This document shows positions 19,101 to 28,000 of a stretch of 43,077 nt of DNA, piece by piece; position 1 is the stretch's first letter; the number at the start of each line of letters is the position of its first letter. Made by a program: the position numbers and the translations under genes. This DNA comes from Klebsormidium nitens (Eukaryota; Plantae; Klebsormidiophyceae). The notes beneath the pieces are model-generated. The model had not been told where the DNA came from and searched no databases. It saw nothing but the letters and a program-made list of their open reading frames with translations. Location: NCBI GenBank assembly GCA_000708835.1, contig DF237643.1:1-43077 (forward strand). Reading direction: 5' to 3'.

Positions 19101-21353
19101 CACGAGACATGCACCAACTCACAAGAAGAGCTGGTAGCATCTGTATCGTAATTGTTAAGTTCTGAGCGATCGTGAACATGGCTCAGAAAGACCCCAACAT
19201 GCGCTGCCTATTCGAAGAAGAGGCAAGCATCCGGTCTCGTCGTAGCCGGAGATTGACAAAGTTGCAGGACCATTCAATCGAACCACAAGGCTTCTGATCG
19301 ACCTAGTAAAATGCCTCTGGCATCCCCACACAGTCTTCTGACACACACACGTTTCAGGAAGACCATAAGTAGCGTGCTCCCATTAGGTTGGAACCCATTC
19401 CTTGAACCCAGGTGAGGTGCAGTTGGTAAGCCGCAGTATAAAAGCTTCGTGAGAGCTTTGTACGACACTTGGTGGACGAACCGCTGGCTACCGATGTCTG
19501 GCAAATAAGCCACGGGTTCATGGGCTGTCCAATACCTGCCTCGATCTAGGAACTGAAAGCAAAGAGTACAAAAGAAAGCTGGAGTGATCCACAGTGTAGG
19601 AGCAGGATGTGCACAGAGCTTTGGACCTTCCAGGGAGAGAGGGCGCTTGACATATTGCAAAGGCTAAACAAGAAACCATTGCATCTCACTTCCTGAATTG
19701 ACCACAAAGCAGCCCGACAAACTTCCTCAAGTAGAACCCAGGGGAGTGGACTCAGAAGTGAGACAAGCGTAGCGCAACATATCTGCTGTGGATTTAGTAC
19801 CAACCTGTTGAGGGCTTCCTACGGCTAGACTGTGCGTTCACATACAGTGACCTGTCTAGGAATGCCGAAGGAAGGCCGACCTCGATTCAATGGGACCTGC
19901 CACTTTTGAAGCTAAGCAACCTAGACTGCATTTTCAAGCTTGCTCAGCTTGAAGTGCCTGAAGCGGAACCACGTAATCACCACTTATAACGTGGTGGCAA
20001 ATCAAAAGGTAAAAGCAAAACAACAGGGCAGACGGGATCTGCTACACGCTCTGGTCAGTGCTGAAGGATTGAAAGTAGCAAATTGTGCAATGATCAGGGA
20101 GCAAGCGATGCCTAGCATATCAGATTGATGCCACTGATACATTAACCCCAGGTCTGTAAGTAGATTAAAGCCAGCCACACTAAGGTTTGAGAATCCCAAC
20201 TGTGGACCCGGCAGCCCGAAACTGTCCACTCAATGGTAGGTTCCGCCAGAAGCTGGTCAACAAAGCCCTTAGGATTTACAAACCCCAATGGACCAAATAC
20301 ATGTTTGCTTGGTTCAACCACAGAAGGCTCCTGAGTCCTGCTCCCTTTTGTAAGATGTACAAGGAAGGCACGGGCGCTGACAGGGCAAAGGGTTGCTAAG
20401 CTCCCAAGCCAAAATGCTCAAGTGAATTACAGCAGAGCTTTCAGGACCAGGCATTCGCAACAGGTCCGCTAAAAAGGACTTGCATTGACCAAGTCTTCAA
20501 GTGAGTTTATACTGCGTTGTTCTAAGTGTGCTAAGTACACTACTATTTGGATAAGACACTTGGCCGCTCACAGCTCAGACAACCAACAACCAACTGTGAA
20601 GTTCTCAGACAGTTCTCAGAACGCCATTTCAGAAGTAAGATCCTGAACATAAAGAACATCCTCGAGGCTTGCTTGAAGGTCTGACAGAGAGGGCTCTGGC
20701 CTAATGCATGACAGGACCAGCATATGACAGGACCTGAGACAGGCTAGGCATTTTGCAGAGCTTTGTGGTTCAGCGTCCTGCTTGGACATCATACAGTCTT
20801 AAAGAAGCATGCACCAGGACTCTTGTAGAATCACAGCTGAAGCCCATTCTGAACAAAAGCAAAGACCAGCCACGATCACAAGGAGAGGCACGCCACTTTC
20901 TATCTTTGCCACCTTTGTAACACCACGTTCATGAGATGAGGGTACTATACATTTCAAATACAAATGGCAGTCTGCATTATCCTCAAACGAAAGAAGTCAT
21001 TGTCGACTACTCTGCAGAAAGCAGAACCGCATTTTCTATCAACCAGATTAGTTAAGCAACCAAAGAAGTTTGAGGTCGCACTTCCTTATGCCTTCAGACT
21101 TGCCAGATTGCATAGTGATCTCTCAGTTTCAAACAGGCACTCAGGCTTTAAAAGACCACGTCATCACAAAAACACGCACCTGCTTGGGCCCCTCCTGTGC
21201 AAACACCAGCTGGCACGTTGTGCCCCTGTCCACGATCTGGACACTCCCCTGTCCCGCTCCCTCCGCAGCTTTTATTGCAGCAGTTGCGGCGTCGTCGTAC
21301 TTTTGCCACCCGCTGTCTTCCCGCCGCTCCCAATGCACCACGCTAGTTGCCAT
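10184..21353 (-). CDS. DTX: Deltex-like E3 ubiquitin ligase (WWE-WWE-linker-RING-H2-Deltex C-terminal domain), ~442 aa, 8 coding exons
   Basis: Exons 21353-21180, 18951-18715, 14539-14341, 13893-13695 (alternative acceptor 13911), 13167-13026, 12601-12518, 11923-11756, 10309-10184. All introns are GT-AG and phases match. Translation: WWE1 MATSVVHWERREDSGWQKY..Q|VNPITGYRRNARR; WWE2 VQWEWFDGNNWEAY..WQ|TINGKQQPVRKV; RING-H2 CVVC..LCKHEYHLEC..CPTC; DTC YGVRTGNQP..GPNHPNPG..AYLVDDAQGREVL..AFKRRLTFTVGRSQTTG..VVWSGIHHKT..HGYPD..VKAEL..GV. An acceptor just upstream of the ATG suggests a 5' UTR intron, so the true start could lie further upstream. Confidence 0.93.
10310..10750 (-). repeat. Tandem array of three degenerate copies of the Deltex last-exon acceptor + exon start
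   Basis: Copies of GTAC..GTGCTG.GC.GCGC..CGTACGGGTG.GTCTTGTG..CCGACCA.ACAACCT.GTTAA have junctions at 10457, 10607 and ~10750 (true junction 10310). Spacing is ~147-150 bp. Confidence 0.93.
10755..11755 (-). repeat. Tandem array of six degenerate copies of the Deltex exon-7 3' end + donor + intron start
   Basis: The plus-strand motif CTGACCTGGTTATCC.CCCGGTTGTCTGTGA..GCTTGAAGGC recurs with junctions at 11605, 11454, 11289, 11130, 10972 and 10806 (true junction 11756). Spacing is 151-166 bp. Confidence 0.95.
12065..12150 (-). repeat. Degenerate copy of the Deltex exon-7 acceptor + exon start
   Basis: TCTACCAGGTACGCCTCCCGGTTGGTACCG..GGGTACCCGGGTTGGGGTGCTTGGGGCCCTGG matches 11859-11927, offset 220 bp. 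Confidence 0.92.
13262..13455 (-). repeat. Two degenerate copies of the Deltex RING exon-5 acceptor + exon start
   Basis: GCGAAGCACTTCTTGATGCACTC.AGGTGGT.CTCGTGCCT recurs with junctions at 13304 and 13445 (true junction 13168). Spacing is 136 and 141 bp. Confidence 0.92.
18380..18714 (-). repeat. Two degenerate copies of the Deltex exon-2 (WWE2) 3' end + donor + intron start
   Basis: CACCTGCCA..CGTCGACCCCAAACTC and CCCCCTGA(C/G)A recur with junctions at 18582 and 18435 (true junction 18715). Spacing is 133 and 147 bp. Confidence 0.9.
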
Positions 21354-21359
21354 GAACCT

Positions 21360-22080
21360 CTGCTTTGGGAAACACACGAGTGAAATGCAGACGATGGAAG
21401 GATTGCAGCAGGTGTGGGGGCCAATGCTGGGGAACGTGGTGTTTGTTTCCCACATGCACAAAACTTCAAACAAGCAAAATGGTGGAGGTGACGACCCTTT
21501 CAAGGGTTTGCCCTGCAGGCGCTGTGTAGGGATCATCCTGGTTCTGAGCCCAGCATTGCTGAAACGGTTAAGCTATGTGTAGGAGATAACCATCATAAGA
21601 GAACCTCGCTTCAGCTGTATCTGGTACATGTTGCGGCCGCATTCTAAATTATGGCACCCCCTTAACCCAGACATCCAGCTGGGTTAGCGGATCTAACCCA
21701 GGCAAGACTGGTTGACGTCAGCGGGGCTGGACCTTCTCAGAGTCATACATGGGGGCGGCATGCAAGATGGAGGCGCAGCAGCTTTTCCTCCCTCTCAAAC
21801 TTAAAGGGGCGGCTATCATATCTCGAGAGCTGTTGGAAGGAGGAGAACAGCTTGATCTGCAGCAGTGTATACGGCCGCTTGTCGCTTGTTGGCAAGACCT
21901 CGAAACAGAGGTCTAAATTGCTGAGCGGATTGGTGGTTGGGCGTGTTTTATGCTTGTTCAGGCTTGCTGGACAACAAGAGAATCCTCAAATTCAGTGTGA
22001 ACAAACTGAACTAACACTTGGGATATTGCGGGGTTGAAAGTGTGCACGCTTAATGCAGCAATTCTTGCTGACACTTGAGA
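21360..22080. promoter_or_regulatory. Probable bidirectional promoter / 5' UTR region shared by DTX-like and RAB3GAP1
   Basis: The divergent ATGs are 731 bp apart, and each is preceded by an acceptor-like site. Three alternating TAACCCAG/CTGGGTTA motifs (21663, 21679, 21694) lie next to TGACGTCA (21713-21720). Confidence 0.6.
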
Positions 22081-22083
22081 ACC

Positions 22084-25000
22084 ATGGGTATATCGGAGGA
22101 CGAGGTAGGAGACTGTCTGCTCTTCCCCACTGTTCTCTTCCCCTATTTGCTGAGCTACTCAATAGCCAGTGATTGTGCTTGTTATGTAAGGTTGGAGTCC
22201 TCGTCTCTCCATTTTCAAAGAGCGGCAGCTGGCGCCTTTGCTCATGATTCTGCAATGAACACTGTGATGCTGAGTTTCAAGATGCTGCGTCTGAGCAGAT
22301 GTATCCTGAAAAGATATCCTGCTGTTGTCATTTTGCATCACAATCTTTCTCCTGACAACAACCCTTTCGGTATTTGACAACTTCAGATGATCAGTCCATC
22401 TCAAGGAATTCATAAGTAAATGCCCCCAGTAAACACCTGGCTATGTTCGAGGCACCTTACTGAAAGTGGATGCTGTCTGCAGGGGGAGGGTTTTGAGGAC
22501 TTCACACTTGCATCCCCCTGGGAAAAGTAGGTGCCTCAGCCTGCCTCAGAATTGGTCAGATGCTTGTACGATGCTAGTACCTAGGAACTTTGTTTGAACA
22601 GTTGCTTCATAAAATTGAACTGCTAATATCCACCTTGATGTTTGGAGATTAGCTTTGTGGAAGAGTAATCAGCTTTCAGTGGGGGGTGATGGACCCATCC
22701 AGGGTGGAAAAGCTGTGCAATCTTTCAATGATGCTTGTGGCGATGTTTTCACCCATGAAGTTCTAAGTCTGCTCTTTCTTCCATGGCAAAATGTGTTATC
22801 TGGTTGGTCTAGTGCATTAGTGCCTTGAGATCGCTCCAAGCATCCTGCAAATACGTTCGAGAGATTCAGTGTACTTGACCTTTTGCAGGTTGCTGGACGG
22901 GTTTGAGAAAGCAGTAAGGGCATGGCAGGCAGCGGACGGAGGGGTTCAGGTGGGGCTTAATCAGTTGCCTTGAAAACTCTTCCAATAATTCCCACTTAAG
23001 CTTAAAGAGTCTCCCTGACCCTGATGTTAGACTCAGCGCTTACGACGGTGGCGTGTTCTGGCGTTCAATCACATACACATGTTTCAACGGCATCTTTCTA
23101 TCAAAGAAACAGTCACAGATTGACTAGTAGTGGGCGCACACAGAATAGCAACTTGCTCAGCCCGGGGAAAATCTTACTGCAGAGTAGAGTGGGGGACGAG
23201 ACTACTCAAACTTCGAGATTTCTTGTCAACCTGCCTGTGCCAGCTGCGTTCTCACGTCACTCCTGTTCGATGTTTGCCTTCTTGTTAGCATGAACACACC
23301 AATCCAGCCCTCTAAGGGTTGACCAGTTCGCAGTGCAGAACCTGCACAGGACCTTCTCAAAGTGTTTGATCATCTTTTGCGGTCAGCGGATGGCAAAACG
23401 TTTGCCAGGACCCGTTTCAATGCAACTTCTCGCTTCCGGCTGTGTACAGGCTGGTGCGAGTACTCCCCATTTGGTACACCTAGAGTACGCCGGGCAGAAG
23501 CTTTTCTTGAGGCGCCACGTCATAGCACCTCAAGCCTCAGGTTCGTGCATCTCTCCCAACGAAAATAAAAATCTACAGGAAGTAATCATGTACAGTTTTT
23601 CTGGCGATGCACTGCTCTTCTTCCAGGTTGAATCAAGTCAACCTGATCGGAATTCAATGTGTGGTGTTTGCCCTAATCGCTTCCTCCCAATTCGAGCGAA
23701 GCATCGAATCAAGTTAAGCAGTTCCTTTCAAGCTCGTAAGGAATCTGCTAGGCCGTGTTCGTGTTCAGGTTTCCTACAGTTGATACTATCAGTGTGCACC
23801 AAATCCGCCACTAACTCTCAAACAAGTTCAAGAGATAGTACCTTCGTACAGATTGACAAAAGTGGCGGCTCGACCTGGGTGTTTCTCGTACTCGCGTAGT
23901 CAAGCGGCCGATCAGCTGGGAAGTTCAAGATTTAAGAAAGTCCTATCTTTGATCACTTCGAACCATCTGGATGAAGCAGCTTTTTTCTGCAATAGAGCAG
24001 ACTACTCGTAGAATTTCGATAGATCGTCTGAAGCAATACAAACGGACATCTTAGTCAAAAACCCGCTTACAGGTGGAGGCACAGCTCCCGATCCCTGGGG
24101 CGCAGAGCATCCCCTTCAGCTGCAGTTTGGAGTAACTGACTTTCTGGTGAGTACGCAGCTGCCTTTTTTCACCCTCGGTGCATCTTTACCGTCAGAATAA
24201 ACCCTGACAAGTCCTGTCACCTTTCTCCCGAGCCTGTTCGGAGTGTATGGATTTTGCTAAGCGTACTGTATCTTTGTTGGCGGAGAGGTGGCAGTCGATT
24301 GAGGTGGGGGTAAAAAGGACGGAGCAACATGCTTTGATAGTGAGCGTATTCATGTTTGCGCGAAATATTCGAGGCACTTTGCTGCTTTCTGCTTCGAATC
24401 CGTTCTTGGCAAACCAAGTACAGGACACGACATTCCGTCCCCTTCGCTGAGAAGGAAGGCAACCGGAGCTTTGTGTCCGAGCCTAAGGACCGTTCGAACT
24501 TTAAGCTGCCTTGTTCTTCACAGGTTTCAGGTGGTTTTGATTGGAAGGCATTCGAACCGTCTATAAAACGGCGCAGGTCGGGCTGCCTGTTGAACGTACT
24601 CTGTCGCTCGTTTTACAACCGGCTTCTTTCTCTCTCTGCTGTTCCTTTGCTGACCGAACTGCCGAAAGCTCGCTAGGCAGCCCCAAATGGGTCTTGAAAT
24701 GCTGGATCTGATCTACAGCTATCTCGAAGACTGCCATTTTTGTGGCGCAGATATGTGGACCGGCAGAGGGGAAGATTGGATCGGCCTTGGCCAGTATGCT
24801 TCTCAGCACGGCAGCTGTTGGCCTTGCTAACGCTGGCAGGTAATGACCTAGCCTTTTGAAAGGGTTGTCCTCGATGCAGACTGGCGATGTGCCAGTGTCC
24901 AAAAGGACACAGCTTGACCATCCAAATACCCGTCAGCACACCGTTACTCTTTATCGAGTATAGCTAACTTCACGGAAAAGGATGATGAGGTGAGCTAATA

Positions 25001-28000
25001 GATTAGACTTTGTTAGTAGGACGTCACAATCATTTCAACAAGCAGGGACTCCAAAATAAAATATCAGAACTAACCATAAGCCTAAACATTGCGAACCATT
25101 TCAATAGTTGAACGTATACCCAAAGCGATCCGCTCTGCTCGCAGTTCCCTCCCAGCGTTTATACCATTGCCGAACTTGGAAACCGCTGGGCATCGGGGCA
25201 TCGCCGTCCGGACGTCCGTGGGCCTGGTCCAATATTTGGACACTGAGCGGACGGTGCATAAGGCCCCCGCGCCACACCCGGAGCTGCCCGCCCTTGTAGA
25301 CTCTTTGCGCGGCCGAATGGTAAGCGTCCCGTGTAAACCCTGCGGATCTGGACTTTTTTAGATCATTTTCTAAGGACCACGCTTGATTGCGGTAGGCATC
25401 TGCGGACACTTCCCTGTTAAAAAGGTGTGTCTACAACCGGTACTGTCCATTTTACAAACAGCGAATGTTTTGGGCTTTTAACTTTCTCACGCGCTCCATC
25501 AACTACCGTTTTGAAGCTTCTAAGGCGCCCACGTCAGCCGCTCCAAGGCCCGAGCTGATACGCCTGGATTTGAGCTTCAAAAACTTTACGTACCTTATCA
25601 ATTCAAGAACTTTCCCCCGAATCTACGAACCTGAAGTCAATCGATTTCTAAATTTCTCCATCTCTCTCGTCAGCGCCTTCTTGTAACGTCCACAACGCCG
25701 CCGCCCTGCAGATTAACATGCGCCAAACCTTCGAAACCCCCGTTCCAAGTATTCAAACCCTACTTCATTTCGTTCCAGACCATTTTCAATTTATTCGCAG
25801 CGCCTTCTCGGAACGGCCCCCGACCCCGTCGCCCTCCACATCAGCATGCGCCAAACCTTCGAAACCCCGGGGCTGGCCTTGGGGGATCCCTCCGGTCGGT
25901 CCGAAGCAGCGGGCCAAGCGGGTGGAGACGGGGAAGACGGGTTCTGGGACGACGACACGCCCTGGGCGGCATGGCGTAACCTAGACGACCCGGTGCGAGG
26001 TGGGTTACGGAGGAAGGTTTCGCTTGGGTTAATATTTTGCAAGCCTCGCGGCTTTAACAATCCTGTTTCGACCCAAAGTATGTTGAGAACGGGGGAGGTT
26101 CACGATGACGACACGCCCTGGGCGGCGTGGCACAGCCTAGACGACCCGATTATTGGTGGGTTACGGAGGAAGGTTTGCTCAAGGCAAGGGAGAAGGTGTG
26201 CGAATTCAGACTTCCTTTTGTACCGGCCCATGTCCTTTCCTTTCCGCAGATCCACGGCTGAAAGAAGACCGTCCGAGTGACGTCCTTTGTTGAAGATGTT
26301 CTCCCTTGCGGCCAGTGCTCTTCCTTGACCGCAATGGTTCGAAGAACGGCCGATTTCGGCAAAATTCTACTCCTTTTGTCCGCCCGTTGGTCCGGATTAT
26401 CTGTCACCGTCCGTGTCCGGAAGATGGTTCCTTCTCTACGGTCCGCACCGTCCGCATGCTTACAGGCTTCGCTTTGTGGCCCTTTGTGTCCGCAGACGGT
26501 GGACATATTGGTATGACTAGTATCCTTACTCATATTGTGCATGTTCGATATCTGCAGGTTTCCGTCTGCACGTTCGCGGCCCTGCATGCGCACCCCGTCC
26601 AAAGAGCATCGGACTGAAAAACGAGCGGTCCGTAAGTCCCTCGTACTGACACCGTCCGCATATTTGCAGGCTTCCGTGTGTCCGCCTCATGGCCTTTCCT
26701 GTCCGCAGCCGGTCCGAAAGATGTCCGAGCGATTGAGGTCAAGCCGGCGGGGTCAGCCGCAGAGTGGCGCCTCGAGCCGGTTTTTGACACGACACACAGC
26801 GGGTGAGAACCCCCAAGTGGGGGTTGCGGGATCTGACATAACGAATAATATTGCTCGGCAAATTTTAAGGTCATTTGAAAAGCTGCGCGCCTACGACTGT
26901 TGCTGCACGTTCTGGTCGAAATATTGGTTTTCGCGTGCCACGGAGAAGCCACTTGGGGGTTCGTCCTCTTGAAAGTACTCAGGCGAAGAAAAAGCTTCGA
27001 AAGGCGGGCTTGCGAAAAGCTGTTCCCACCTCAATGTTTTGCTCACAAAGTGCAGATTGTTTGAGTGATTTTTATATGCCGATGTCCTCCCAAGGTTTCA
27101 GCAACGACTAAGCACGTTGATTGTATTTTCGGACTGGAGCACACAAACCTTGACAGCCGCAAAGTCCAATTGACAGCCGCAACATCCAATCGAAAACCAC
27201 CAGTAGGAAGCCATTGTAATCAAAGTATCCTACAATCAAGACACTGTCCGCGCTCCTCCGTTGCGCAGAGCAGTCACCGCTGAGGGGGAGGCCAGCGGCT
27301 TCGCCAGCTCGCTCCGGGCGCTTTCCATCGCGTATCTGTGCACAATCGGCACCAAGTTTATGGACGACTTTGCGCATTCCAGTGAGTCCTGCAGCTGCTC
27401 TGCTGCTCATCAAAAGGCCATAGTCGAAGCATGTTTCTTCGATGAAAGTTGTTCAAGAGCTCAGAGTCTGGTCCTCAGTGTGCTCCCGCTTCCCGTCACC
27501 ACATCGGAAAGTCATCGGGGCCAAATGTCGAAAAGAAGCAAACCTGGGGCTTCATTTTGGCCGCGTGATTCATTTCGCCGTCGTCTTTCGCCGCGTGTTC
27601 TCTATGATCAAGCCGGTCCGAGCGATCCCGTCCTTTCTAAAATCAAGCCGCCGAATCTTCTCTCGTTCTGAATCAAAGATTTGGACTCCAGCACCTGCCA
27701 CTGTGAAGGCCAAATGGTGTTCCGCAGAACACGGATGACGAGCTGCAACCTGTTGTCATGCAGACCTGACCGAGCGGAACGAGATGTGGGCCCTCCGTCG
27801 TGCCTTCGACGTCCCCGGCTCCCTCTTTCAGATCCCGCCCCCGACTGCTATCATTCGAAGCGTTCAGAAGCTCTTTGATGAAGGTGAGCGCTTCTGCGGT
27901 TTCTAAACTTTTTTGTGGGCTGCTCAGCGGTTCCTTTTGCGCTCCTTCATTACACTTGCTTTCATGACACACATCCGCTTCAACGATAATGCAACCGACG

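Noticed and set aside
20187-20460. Faint LINE reverse-transcriptase-like wording in Deltex intron 1
   Set aside because: No DxxKAFD or YADD motif in any frame I read, and the spacing is inconsistent.
23333-23899. 188-aa ORF as a standalone gene
   Set aside because: Only 23450-23540 fits the Rab3GAP alignment and phases; the rest is intron read-through.
24561-24915. Minus-strand ORF with a retropepsin-like VLLDTG..LG pattern suggesting an LTR retrotransposon protease
   Set aside because: It lies antisense to RAB3GAP1 exon 6, which is well supported by homology and phase. No RT, RNase H, integrase or LTRs are nearby. Treated as a shadow ORF.
25101-25409. Protein-like minus ORF (RVYKGGQLRVWRGG...)
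   Set aside because: Antisense shadow of RAB3GAP1 exon 7.
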